A stretch of 25,772 nucleotides of DNA from a virus (taxonomy: Duplodnaviria > Caudoviricetes): positions 1 to 25,772 of the IMG/VR virus record IMGVR_UViG_3300046311_000331, one strand, 5' to 3'. Below are positions 8,846 to 17,721 of this stretch, piece after piece (position 1 is the first letter of the stretch; each line of letters opens with the position of its first letter). Below the pieces are notes generated by a model. That model worked only from the letters and a program-made list of their open reading frames with translations. It did no database searches and was not told where the DNA came from. A program made the translations under genes and the position numbers.

Positions 8846-9205
8846 TTATTGTAATAATTCATTAAATTTAATATCTCCCGCGTCAGTTTTAATCACAAAA
8901 TCATAAGAAGTAACTTGTTTTTCACTTGAGAAAGAAAAATCTTCTAAACCAATCACCCCATCCGTTTCAATAATCACCCTCACAATTTCATTAATTTTGG
9001 ATTGTTCTGTTAAAAATTCTGAAAATACTATGCCATGATAATCAACGCCTTTGTCAAGATTTGTTGGCACTTCTCCAAGAAAAGTTTGAAGTCGGTTAAT
9101 CAAAAGTTGTGAAATATCCTTAATTCTTGTTTTTGTTGTCAAGAAATTACCATCAGCATCTACTTGAATATCATTAGTGTCCTTGGTTAGATCAAAATTT
9201 ATCAT
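8846..9205 (-). CDS. Baseplate gp25-like / sheath initiator protein
   Basis: 119 aa between spike and baseplate J. RLQTFLGE....DKGVDY motif. Confidence 0.75.
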   Translation of the reverse strand: MINFDLTKDTNDIQVDADGNFLTTKTRIKDISQLLINRLQTFLGEVPTNLDKGVDYHGIVFSEFLTEQSKINEIVRVIIETDGVIGLEDFSFSSEKQVTSYDFVIKTDAGDIKFNELLQ

Positions 9206-9834
9206 GTTATAGGGCTTGTTTGGGTTGGTGGTAATGGCCCGGGATTATAAGTATGGGTATGAGTTATGAAATCTTTCCCAGCAATACTAGTCTGACCACT
9301 TATTACCACATTTCCAGTAATATTAACATTTCCAGTAATATTAATTCCAGTTGAATTAACTTGAACAATATTATTGTCAAATTTAATTTCAACCGCATTA
9401 TTGTTGTAATTACCTAAAGAGGCTCTTTTTGGCAGAAATGGTATGAAAATAGAATCAGTCACATTAAATTTTCTCAAAGATCCCTGAATGCTTTCTTTTT
9501 GATCTTTTTTAAAAAATCTTATATCCCGATCACAAACCAATAAAATACCTTGTAATCCCTTGTTTATTGGAAAAGTTATACCACCATTACCAAACCATGC
9601 TATAGAGATAGGTACATCAACAACCGATGGCATGGTATAGTCATCTACTACTACTAATTCCCCAGTTTCTAACTTAATTTTCCGATTAGAACCTATTTTT
9701 ATACCTTTAATTAATAACTTGACATCCACAGTCAAATTTTGTGGATTGAAAGACTCAATTTCTGCTGGAATGCAGGTGCGAATTTCGTTTTTTATGGTTC
9801 CAGTTATTTGTCTTAAAATTGAGGTTAGGTTCAT
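9202..9834 (-). CDS. Baseplate central spike (Gp138-like)
   Basis: IRTCIPAEIESF, ITFPINKG..GILLVCDRDI, beta-helix repeats NITGNV, and a C-terminal metal-binding HTH tripeptide (THTHTY). Confidence 0.88.
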   Translation of the reverse strand: MNLTSILRQITGTIKNEIRTCIPAEIESFNPQNLTVDVKLLIKGIKIGSNRKIKLETGELVVVDDYTMPSVVDVPISIAWFGNGGITFPINKGLQGILLVCDRDIRFFKKDQKESIQGSLRKFNVTDSIFIPFLPKRASLGNYNNNAVEIKFDNNIVQVNSTGINITGNVNITGNVVISGQTSIAGKDFITHTHTYNPGPLPPTQTSPIT

Positions 9835-10793
9835 GTCAAAGATAATCGTTTAGAATTCTCCAAATCCTGCACATTATACAGTCCTTGCCCTTTAATAAGG
9901 CTCTCCCAAGTGTCTTCATGGGATGATCCAAAATGCAAAATCTCTAAAGCTCTGTAAGTCCCTTGATATCTATTATTGTTAATTTGTCTACCAAAAGTTT
10001 TGAATTGGTTGCCCCTTACTCTATCTAAAAATTCTAATCCTCCAATTTGGAAATTAGCGAATTTAGAATCTAAATTAAACCAATCGCCCGGGCTTATAAA
10101 CGGATCAAGAAAAACTTTTAAATCAACGCCCATCTCGGTAACTACTGGAATATCTAGCAATCCACTAGAAGGATCGTAAGTTTTGATAGAAGGTTTTTCG
10201 CTAGTACTTCTTACTATTAAATTTTTCTCGGTTATGTAAAAATCAAATCCAAATTCACTCGATAAATCTTTAATTATACTAATTACATCACCGTAAAAAG
10301 TTTGGTTGACAATTGCACCAACAATATCTTTGTCTATGACCAAGAATAGATCTAATCTTGAAGCTAGTTTCGCCAAAAATTCAACTAAATCCTCAAATAT
10401 TACAGTTTCGCCAAAAATTCCTTTTTGCAGAGTATCAATTCCACTTACACAAAATAAGGTTGTAACAATGTCAGGATTGCTCACGGTGGGCTTAGTTCTG
10501 CCAACACTTGATATTTTTCCTTCAAACATTCTGCCAATACTTCCTTCCCAACCAGCCTCTAAAAGAACCAGTTGCCCTGCCTTCTCTATTTTTTTTGAGG
10601 TATCATCATTTAAATTGTATAATTTTATCTGAGCAGTATGAAGTCCAGAAGAGTTAACATTAACGAAAGCCTTAACCTCAAAATCTTGCCGCATAGTTAC
10701 AAAGTTATCAAAACGACCGTCTTTACTTAAAAAAACTTTTTCATCTTGTGGAAATTTTATTGTTGTTCTTATTACTCTCTTCTTAAGCATCAA
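9831..10793 (-). CDS. Baseplate hub protein
   Basis: 320 aa with AQIKLYNLNDDT, VLLEAGW...MFEGKI and SGLLDIPVVTEMG, located just before the spike gene. Confidence 0.82.
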   Translation of the reverse strand: MMLKKRVIRTTIKFPQDEKVFLSKDGRFDNFVTMRQDFEVKAFVNVNSSGLHTAQIKLYNLNDDTSKKIEKAGQLVLLEAGWEGSIGRMFEGKISSVGRTKPTVSNPDIVTTLFCVSGIDTLQKGIFGETVIFEDLVEFLAKLASRLDLFLVIDKDIVGAIVNQTFYGDVISIIKDLSSEFGFDFYITEKNLIVRSTSEKPSIKTYDPSSGLLDIPVVTEMGVDLKVFLDPFISPGDWFNLDSKFANFQIGGLEFLDRVRGNQFKTFGRQINNNRYQGTYRALEILHFGSSHEDTWESLIKGQGLYNVQDLENSKRLSLT

Positions 10794-11100
10794 TATCTCT
10801 TATTAATTGAATTCTTCCGCCTAGATCATTTTTTAAATCAACTGGCACTTCATTATTTGGATCAGTATCTGTTAAGCCAAGAGAACCAAAATCAAGCCCC
10901 AATCCAAATAGAGCATCCCTTTCTAATATTAAATAGATGCCATTTACAATAACTTGTTGAGTCAGATCGTTTATTATGTTCAGAAACCATTGAGTGTTGT
11001 AGTCGTCAAACTGTATTACAAATTTTAAAATTTCTTTTCCATATGGTACTAATACTTCTTGTTCTTTTCCTTCTAATAACTGGATTTGCTCTAAACTCAT
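10783..11100 (-). CDS. Small baseplate protein
   Basis: 105 aa in the conserved slot between tube initiator and hub. QWFLNI...IVNGI and DLGGRIQL motifs. Confidence 0.65.
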   Translation of the reverse strand: MSLEQIQLLEGKEQEVLVPYGKEILKFVIQFDDYNTQWFLNIINDLTQQVIVNGIYLILERDALFGLGLDFGSLGLTDTDPNNEVPVDLKNDLGGRIQLIRDIDA

Positions 11101-11738
11101 AATAAACCTCCAACTTTATTAAACGCTGTTAGGATTGGACTTGGTACAAAAGATAGCTTCTTTACCCCCGAAATATTAGTATTTGGATCTTGTAAATTGT
11201 CAAAAAATAGAATTTCTTCAAAAGTTATCAAGCCTTCAAAAGTAGTTATACTCTCGCTATTATGTTCGTGATCAATATTAGTAATGAGAAAATTCTTTAA
11301 AATTCCCGAAGGTGTATCAATATCAAAAACCTCGCCATTCGTCATTATTAGCTTTAAATCATTAAAGGTCGCCTGTATCCTTGAGTTAGCAAGATTGCTT
11401 CCAAATATTTGGAGACTACTAGCCTGTATGATGTTATTGACATTTTCACTGGTTAAAGCCGTAATTGGATTGATTATATTACTAACACCAACCTTCATTT
11501 GAAAAATCATCGGTTGTTGAATGCGATGGTCGTTTATATTAACGCCTTGCTCAACTGGATTCTTTGTTATTTTTACTGATTGTTTGAAGGTAAAAGACTC
11601 TATTATGTCAAAATTGGTTGTTCTTGGCTCATTTTCTCCCTTAAATTTAACCACTAATCTTTTTTTTTGCTTAGCAAGAAGCGATTCAACAGTACCTTGA
11701 GCAGTTCTAAATTGTAAAATTTCACTAAAAAAACTCAT
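11097..11738 (-). CDS. Dit-like / tail tube initiator baseplate protein
   Basis: Follows the tape measure. ITKNPVEQGVNINDHRIQQP and TPSGILKNFLITNI...TFEEI motifs. Confidence 0.8.
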   Translation of the reverse strand: MSFFSEILQFRTAQGTVESLLAKQKKRLVVKFKGENEPRTTNFDIIESFTFKQSVKITKNPVEQGVNINDHRIQQPMIFQMKVGVSNIINPITALTSENVNNIIQASSLQIFGSNLANSRIQATFNDLKLIMTNGEVFDIDTPSGILKNFLITNIDHEHNSESITTFEGLITFEEILFFDNLQDPNTNISGVKKLSFVPSPILTAFNKVGGLL

Positions 11739-13066
11739 TGAATACTCCCTGATTTAAAATTTTCGCTAGACATTTTCATTTCTTGATCCAAAGCATCTTT
11801 TATTATTCTGCCAAATTCTTTTGCTTTATCAGCATTTAAATCACCACCAGAATTTTGAATTGGTATAGAAATGTTGAAAGTTTGACTTACAGAATTAGAA
11901 GGTTTGCTTGATTCTATAATTCTTGTGACATTATTACCATTTTTGGCTATATGTCTGTCTATATCTTCTTGTGTTAAGCCATCTTTAGTAATATATGTAG
12001 TCTGTCCAGCTTGTCTGTTATTTTGTATTAATCCATCTTTGTCAACAAATTTTTTAGGTACATATGTAGTTTTTCCGCCAAGCATAGTTGTAGTACCTTC
12101 ATTAGTAATAACTCGTTTTACAAAATAGCCCTTATCCTGCATAGAGTTACTAAATTTTTGAAATTTATCCATGAAATAAGATTTTCCTTCTATCCTTTTC
12201 TCTTTATCTATTTGTTCTGGCAAAAGTATATCAGCTAACCTTATGATGGCATCTGCTAGTCTTGGAAGAACTTCTATCAGTTTTGGCAAGACTTCAAATA
12301 ACTTATTCATAGTTAGAGCCATGTTGGCTTGTATTTTTGGATCATTTAGTATTTTTATCAGTTCTGAAGAAAATTTGGTTATTGCTGGTGTAGCTCCAGA
12401 CACGAGCTTTCTTTTGACTGCTCCATAAGTTTGACTCAGCTCTACAAAAGACTGTTTTGCAATCTCGGAATTATTGATTTGTTCGGTAGTCGCTAAAGGT
12501 ATTTTACTTGATGATTTTAGAAGATTCTTATACTCTTTGTCTGTCAGGCGAAGCATTCTTACGGTTTTTTCCCCTAAACCTATTTGATCTACGAAATATA
12601 GCCGTTGTGCCGCCGTTAGCCCATTAAATCTTCTTCTGATTAAATCAAAGTTTTTCCCGACATCATCCCCTAAATCTTGGATGTTTATGCCCAGAATACC
12701 AAAAGCTTCAGGTCTACCTTGACCCACCTTAAATGCTTCAATTTCTTTTTTTAATGATTTTATTGTGCTTATTGCCTCATCGCCACCAGCTCCCATTCTT
12801 TCAAATGATCTGGTAAAAGTCTCTAGGAAATTTGTTGTTGTTCCTAAATCTTTTGCTAATCTGCCCAGTTCTGCCGTTTCGTCAACAACATTTATTGCAA
12901 ATTTAGTCAAACCTACTCCTGCCGCTAAGGTTGCACCACCTAGAACTGTCGCAAATTTTAAAGCACCAAAAGTTAAAGAACCCAAAGACTTTGCAAGAGA
13001 AGTTATCCCCTTAGAATTTACCGAAGTATTTATGTCTATTAAGAAATCACCGAGTTTTGCTACCAT
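11735..13066 (-). CDS. Tape measure protein (short, about 443 aa)
   Basis: Follows the chaperones. Helical A/G/L-rich sequence with hydrophobic stretch FATVLGGATLAAGVGL and SVSQTFNISI near the C-terminus. ATG at 13066 preferred; GTG at 13075 is possible. Confidence 0.8.
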   Translation of the reverse strand: MVAKLGDFLIDINTSVNSKGITSLAKSLGSLTFGALKFATVLGGATLAAGVGLTKFAINVVDETAELGRLAKDLGTTTNFLETFTRSFERMGAGGDEAISTIKSLKKEIEAFKVGQGRPEAFGILGINIQDLGDDVGKNFDLIRRRFNGLTAAQRLYFVDQIGLGEKTVRMLRLTDKEYKNLLKSSSKIPLATTEQINNSEIAKQSFVELSQTYGAVKRKLVSGATPAITKFSSELIKILNDPKIQANMALTMNKLFEVLPKLIEVLPRLADAIIRLADILLPEQIDKEKRIEGKSYFMDKFQKFSNSMQDKGYFVKRVITNEGTTTMLGGKTTYVPKKFVDKDGLIQNNRQAGQTTYITKDGLTQEDIDRHIAKNGNNVTRIIESSKPSNSVSQTFNISIPIQNSGGDLNADKAKEFGRIIKDALDQEMKMSSENFKSGSIQ

Positions 13067-13265
13067 ATAATTCACTTACAATTTTTTCTGATTCTGCCAG
13101 ATATGATATTGCTTCGTTCATTTTACGAATATCAAACAAGGTCAAATTTCCATTCAAAAGATCAGTATATTTAATATAGCCACGAATAACGGGGGAAAGG
13201 AAGGAAAAATTAAAACTAGGTATTCCCAATTTTTGGATGATTTGTTTTTCTATTCCAGAATTAGT
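13047..13265 (-). CDS. Tail assembly chaperone C-terminal extension (lambda gpT-like), probably expressed by -1 frameshift
   Basis: Overlaps the 3' end of the upstream chaperone in the -1 frame. YTDLLNGNLTLFDIRKMNEAI motif. The ORF-track start (13319) is a TTG inside the upstream gene. Confidence 0.7.
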   Translation of the reverse strand, partial: TNSGIEKQIIQKLGIPSFNFSFLSPVIRGYIKYTDLLNGNLTLFDIRKMNEAISYLAESEKIVSELYGSKTR

Positions 13266-13639
13266 TTTTTTGATCTTGCCTCTCCCCACGAAAATAAAGG
13301 GCTTAATAACTCCACCCAATAAAGTAATGGATATGCTTCAAGATCAGCATAGGTGTAGAGTTCAGGATCAATAATCTTTCCCTCTACGCTTGTATGCTTA
13401 AAAACCATCAACGAATATTCCTTAACATGTCTTAACTCTTCTTCTATGTAATTTCCGCTTTTATGATAAACCTCTAATGCTAATGTTATCATCTTTTGTT
13501 GGTCAAAAAGACTAGAGGGCAACCACATCTTCAATTGCTTGCCCTCCAATTGTCTTATAAATTCCTTATCAGCAACTCCTTTTTCCTCGTATCTTTTAGC
13601 TTTTTCCTCAGTTTTTTTTCTAATTTCTTCGAGATTCAT
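13250..13639 (-). CDS. Tail assembly chaperone (lambda gpG-like)
   Basis: 129 aa between tube and tape measure, ending in TCA AAA AAA CTA (slippery site). Confidence 0.75.
   Translation of the reverse strand: MNLEEIRKKTEEKAKRYEEKGVADKEFIRQLEGKQLKMWLPSSLFDQQKMITLALEVYHKSGNYIEEELRHVKEYSLMVFKHTSVEGKIIDPELYTYADLEAYPLLYWVELLSPLFSWGEARSKKLILE
13265..13287 (-). promoter_or_regulatory. Programmed -1 ribosomal frameshift signal
   Basis: Minus strand GGGGAG-AGGCAAGATC-A AAA AAA: an SD-like hexamer 10 nt upstream of an in-frame X XXY YYZ heptamer (13271-13265). Confidence 0.72.
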
Positions 13640-13640
13640 A

Positions 13641-14111
13641 TTAAATACTATTTATTATTACATCATTCTTTGGCGGGATATGAACGGTTGAAGACATTAA
13701 TATTGTGTATTCAACATCAGCATCAGTATCACATCCCATTTGATAATCTGCAATATTTTTAAATAATGCTTGCAAAGAGATGTATTCTTCTTCTGTTAAG
13801 GAGTCTCGTGCATTTACTGTACATAATATAGTTTGTCCAGCTTCTTCAGCCGCTACAATTTGTTGCATTTTGACATAGTCGGGGCTATTTCTTAAAATTC
13901 TAAAAGTTAGCAACTTATTGACGCCTTTAAAATTTTTATTAACCATTAAATCACCAAAAGCCCCCAATTTCTCATTGTAAAGATTAGGGTCTAAAGCTGC
14001 AATTTGAGCAGATATCCCATTTTCACCATAATTTCTTAGATGAATAGATCCAAATTGAAGAGAAGTTATTGTCAGATCAAAATTGGTTAAATTAACTACG
14101 CCTAATGTCAT
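13641..14111 (-). CDS. Tail tube protein (DUF3277-like)
   Basis: 156 aa immediately after the sheath. GAFGD...N and LTFRILRNSP pattern. Confidence 0.8.
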   Translation of the reverse strand: MTLGVVNLTNFDLTITSLQFGSIHLRNYGENGISAQIAALDPNLYNEKLGAFGDLMVNKNFKGVNKLLTFRILRNSPDYVKMQQIVAAEEAGQTILCTVNARDSLTEEEYISLQALFKNIADYQMGCDTDADVEYTILMSSTVHIPPKNDVIINSI

Positions 14112-14114
14112 ATC

Positions 14115-15593
14115 TTATAATTTTAAAGTGTTAGTAATTACGAATTTAATTGCCACGCCTTTCAATAGAAGGACTGTAGTTATATTTTTAATAACTCCTT
14201 CGTTCTTATCGGCAAGCGATATTGTTTCGGGTTGCGGAATGGTTATTTTAAAGCCACTTCTTAATACTTCCCCAGTATCTCTGTCTGTCCCCCCAGCAAT
14301 CATTCCAGCACTAAGAGCACGCATCGGAGCTATCGTCATTGCTTGACGCAATAATGCAAAATCGTCTCTTGTATAACCAATGCTTGGTAAAGTTATCATA
14401 AGATCAAATATGTCATAAGTCATATTGTAATCAATAAAATCACCAGTAATAATGGTCTTAATATCTTGACCATTTGGGACTCTTCCAGGATAAGCTATAA
14501 CTCGTCCAGTTTCTCCATAAGTTGTGTAAAAATTAACATTTTTAGACATCAAATTGTCAAACTGACTATCAGTAAGTTCTGTCGTAGAGATATTTGCGAA
14601 TTGTTTATAAGCAAGAGAGCCAAGAGGTCTTGCACTTGTAAAATCTACAATTCCAAAATAACTTGGAAGTGATGCTTGCTTTCTGTCGGCATCAGTGAAG
14701 TCGAATGTAACTACTGTTCTGCTAACTTTCCTATCAAAAAGGGTCTTGGAAATACTACTAAAATCACTACTTACGCCAGAATTAGCGGCGGTGCTGTTAG
14801 TATCTAAAATCCAAAGAAGGTATTTAATTCTGCTAGAAGCTTCTATTGAACCTGACCATTCTAATTTCTCCTGATCGTTCCAATCATTAGATAATATAGT
14901 ATGATAATACCTATTATCGCTTGTAAAGTTACTTATAACATTAGCCAATGTTCCATTAGTTCCAGTGGTAACAACTCCACCATTAAGTAGATCAGCATCT
15001 GTTAAATCTGTCCCTGTGCCTGCTAATGGTGTTATTTCAAACTCTGAATCTGCCCCATAAGTTTCACTAGTGAATATAAATTGAGTTCCATCGAAAGAGA
15101 CAACAATATTTCTAAATATGCTACCAGCTAATCTTATTGCATTTTGCAAAACTGCGGCGACACTTTCAAAGTTGTCAGTGTCGGTAAAATCAATGTTGGT
15201 TAGGTTTATAGGAGTTGATCCATCCTTAGAAATTTTGATTTTGCCATCAGCTACAGCTTGAAAATTTGCTAAATTTCCAGTAACATCCCCAGAAGTAAAG
15301 AAGCCTTGAGTTGAACTGGTTAATCCGTCTCTATTAACCAAGCCAACAAATAGTGTCGTTGGTTTAATTCCTAAAAATCCACCTGCAAAATATTTTAAAG
15401 AACACTTGTAAGCCTCACTGTTGCTACCTAAATCTTCTAAAACTTCATCAGAAGAACTATAGCTCCTAACCGTATCAGCGAATCCGTTACCTTTTTGAAT
15501 AACTATTGCATTTGCGAAATTCCTTCTCCCTTGAGCAGGTGTTGGCAGGATGCTTTGTACATCAATAATTTTTTTAATATTAATCGTTATCAT
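14115..15593 (-). CDS. Contractile tail sheath protein (DUF3383-like)
   Basis: 492 aa with VRSYSSSDEVLEDLGSNSEAYK...YF, IDFT...FESVAAVLQ and SLAYKQF...NVNFYTTY. Confidence 0.88.
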   Translation of the reverse strand: MITINIKKIIDVQSILPTPAQGRRNFANAIVIQKGNGFADTVRSYSSSDEVLEDLGSNSEAYKCSLKYFAGGFLGIKPTTLFVGLVNRDGLTSSTQGFFTSGDVTGNLANFQAVADGKIKISKDGSTPINLTNIDFTDTDNFESVAAVLQNAIRLAGSIFRNIVVSFDGTQFIFTSETYGADSEFEITPLAGTGTDLTDADLLNGGVVTTGTNGTLANVISNFTSDNRYYHTILSNDWNDQEKLEWSGSIEASSRIKYLLWILDTNSTAANSGVSSDFSSISKTLFDRKVSRTVVTFDFTDADRKQASLPSYFGIVDFTSARPLGSLAYKQFANISTTELTDSQFDNLMSKNVNFYTTYGETGRVIAYPGRVPNGQDIKTIITGDFIDYNMTYDIFDLMITLPSIGYTRDDFALLRQAMTIAPMRALSAGMIAGGTDRDTGEVLRSGFKITIPQPETISLADKNEGVIKNITTVLLLKGVAIKFVITNTLKL

Positions 15594-16176
15594 TTTTTAC
15601 AATAGTTTCAAATTTTATAATATCCTTAACATCTTCAACAACAGAAGGTGTCAAGGTAAATTTTATATCTCCAATTTCGACAATATCATTATAAACAAAT
15701 GTTATGGTCAATTCCATTCTTTCAACCCACGCACCTTCTTCAAGAGCGGTTAAATCTCGTGGCATTCTTTCTAAATTAATCAGTGATAAATTAAAAGGCA
15801 AGTCATAAGTAGCTTCATAAATTCTTGTGCTTTGAATATACACAAAAAAAGCTTTCATAGCATCTTTTGCCATTCCTTTTTTCTTGCTTAGAATATTCAT
15901 TAGAACATTTACCTGTTCAATTGTAAATAGATTTTCTTTTTTTGTATCTCTATTAAAGCCTCTGCTATAAGAAGTATTAGTATTACCAATTGGATGGGTT
16001 TCTTCTATCCTATAAAAAAGAATTGTCTGATCCGTGCTTCTGATATCGTTATTTTGCCTGTCTTCTTTAAAAGCTAAAGAAGAATCAGCATTAAATCCAA
16101 AATCTGTTTTGTTATCTGCAAAAATTTTATCAAAGAAATCAAAAATTCTATCAGACAATTGCTGGCTAGTTATCAT
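15580..16176 (-). CDS. Tail terminator / neck protein
   Basis: 198 aa directly upstream of the sheath. PRDLTALE...WVERMELTITF motif. Confidence 0.7.
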   Translation of the reverse strand: MITSQQLSDRIFDFFDKIFADNKTDFGFNADSSLAFKEDRQNNDIRSTDQTILFYRIEETHPIGNTNTSYSRGFNRDTKKENLFTIEQVNVLMNILSKKKGMAKDAMKAFFVYIQSTRIYEATYDLPFNLSLINLERMPRDLTALEEGAWVERMELTITFVYNDIVEIGDIKFTLTPSVVEDVKDIIKFETIVKNDND

Positions 16177-16576
16177 TTAGCACCTCATCATTATATTGAC
16201 ATATAATATACTTATTAAAGCCATAGTTATTCCAAGGATAGACTTTCTCAATTTTAAAGAGCTTGTTTTCAAACCTAATAAAATTATTTTTAGATTTATC
16301 AACCACTAATTTTATAAAAAGTGAGTAGCATAATTTATCAGTGAATTGACCTAATCCCTGATTTATCAAATGTTGCGAATTTGCATATTGACCTAATCCC
16401 TGATTTATCAAATCTTGGGATGCTATATTTTGAATAATACCATCAATTTCAGTTTCAATCTCTCCAGTTTCTTCAACCCTTCCTTTAACTATAATCGTAG
16501 TTTTTGTAACCAAGGTTAGCGTAGACTTAAAATAAGAATCATCTAAGAATTCACTTAATAAATCATCATTTGACAT
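16166..16576 (-). CDS. Head closure / head-tail joining protein with an internal 14-aa duplication
   Basis: Position in the neck cluster. GIIQ and FIRFENKLFKIEKVYPWNNYGF motifs. Confidence 0.65.
   Translation of the reverse strand: MSNDDLLSEFLDDSYFKSTLTLVTKTTIIVKGRVEETGEIETEIDGIIQNIASQDLINQGLGQYANSQHLINQGLGQFTDKLCYSLFIKLVVDKSKNNFIRFENKLFKIEKVYPWNNYGFNKYIICQYNDEVLNDN
16345..16413. repeat. 27-bp perfect direct repeat, 42-bp period (in-frame tandem duplication)
   Basis: ATTGACCTAATCCCTGATTTATCAAAT at 16345-16371 and 16387-16413, encoding LINQGLGQ twice. Confidence 0.97.
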
Positions 16577-17036
16577 TATTCTCCGTTATCCATGTTATTG
16601 ATTGTCTTAAGTCTCCTTTGTCTATTAGAGGTTGATCGCTTCCTTTCTTTTCAATTGTGTATTCAGCATTACCCTTCCATTCGCCGTGTGTTAGGTTCTT
16701 TTTCATGAAACCAGCGGTTGTAAATCCTATTCTATCAAAAGCATCAACAACTCCCTTCCTTCCTTCTACTGCATCTCCCAACCACAATTTAACAACTTTA
16801 TTAATCTTACCTCTGTATCGTGGCACGGTTGTTGTTCCGAAGGGTCTTGCTGGAATATTTTTGCTCTTAGAACCATAATTATTTACGAAGGCTATATCCG
16901 CCAAGTAGACAGTTTCTCCCTCTTCATCGGTTGTTGATTCTTCTTTTGGTACGCCTATTTTTAGCTTAGTATTGTTAATCTCTTTTATCGTTTTCCTTAG
17001 TTTCCTAAATAAATCTTCTGGATTCTTTGTTTTCAT
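16566..17036 (-). CDS. Neck / virion morphogenesis protein (HK97 gp10-like)
   Basis: IAFVNNYGS..NIPARPF and NAEYTIEKKGSDQPLIDKGDLRQSIT motifs. Start set at ATG 17036 (ATGA overlap with the upstream stop). Confidence 0.85.
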   Translation of the reverse strand: MKTKNPEDLFRKLRKTIKEINNTKLKIGVPKEESTTDEEGETVYLADIAFVNNYGSKSKNIPARPFGTTTVPRYRGKINKVVKLWLGDAVEGRKGVVDAFDRIGFTTAGFMKKNLTHGEWKGNAEYTIEKKGSDQPLIDKGDLRQSITWITENNVK

Positions 17037-17476
17037 GCAATAAATCCCCCGCAAGAACTAGTCAAACCACAAGTATCTAATAATGATAATAATAGCCTAC
17101 CGAAAGGAGTGGTGCTAAAATAATTATATATATTTGCTGGAGTGTTCGCTGGAGTGTTGATTGCTTCATAAGAAATAGTTAATCCATCCGCCGATTTACT
17201 ACTAACAATTCTAGAATTTTGAGGGATAGAAGCATTTCCGCCAAGAGCATTAAAATAAGTGAGATTATGAGCAATTCCGTATAGAAAAGCTTGATAAGCA
17301 CAGTCAAATCCACAGTTTATAAATCCAGCGGGGACATCACAAAAGGATAATTCAATATACATATCCAAAGTAGCATCAGCTAGCGAGGCAAACACTGGAA
17401 ATTTTAATCTAAAATCATCTCTTATTTGCTCAATAGTTTTGTTGGCAAGTATGAATGATTTTAATTTATTTGACAA
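17033..17476 (-). CDS. Head-tail adaptor (DUF4054-like)
   Basis: FRLKFPVF, LYGIAHNL, VSSKSADGLTISY and FSTTPFGR motifs. TTG start preceded by AAAGGAG. Confidence 0.82.
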   Translation of the reverse strand: MSNKLKSFILANKTIEQIRDDFRLKFPVFASLADATLDMYIELSFCDVPAGFINCGFDCAYQAFLYGIAHNLTYFNALGGNASIPQNSRIVSSKSADGLTISYEAINTPANTPANIYNYFSTTPFGRLLLSLLDTCGLTSSCGGFIA

Positions 17477-17681
17477 TTTCCAAAACTCCTTTTGAGATCA
17501 AAGTTTTTAAATTAGGAATTTCACTAACTAATTTGTCTAGAACTTGATCAGAAATTATAATTTCTTCACCTTTAAGAATTTTAAAGTTTCTAAAATTAAG
17601 GTTTTCGTTGCTTGTTATCCTAATTTCAGTAGAGGTAATTTCTACTGGTTCAACTACTGGTGATTTCTTTTTTGTAGCCAT
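17466..17681 (-). CDS. Small head-associated hypothetical protein
   Basis: 71 aa in the slot between major capsid and adaptor. C-terminal TLISKGVLEI. Confidence 0.6.
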   Translation of the reverse strand: MATKKKSPVVEPVEITSTEIRITSNENLNFRNFKILKGEEIIISDQVLDKLVSEIPNLKTLISKGVLEIVK

Positions 17682-17689
17682 GATTCTAT

Positions 17690-17715
17690 AAAAAAAAGGG
17701 GGTTTTTACACCCCC
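17690..17715 (-). terminator. Rho-independent terminator after the major capsid gene
   Basis: Minus strand GGGGGT-GTAAAA-ACCCCC followed by T8, a few nt after the capsid stop codon. Confidence 0.88.
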
Positions 17716-17721
17716 ATATTA

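Noticed and set aside
9308-9343. 18-bp tandem repeat ACATTTCCAGTAATATTA x2
   Set aside because: It encodes the ordinary NITGNV beta-helix repeat of the spike.
3345-16413. The two 27-bp direct repeat pairs as CRISPR repeats, att sites or DGR TR/VR pairs
   Set aside because: Only two copies each, in frame inside coding sequence, with no adenine-specific mismatch pattern, and no cas, integrase or reverse transcriptase gene in the window.
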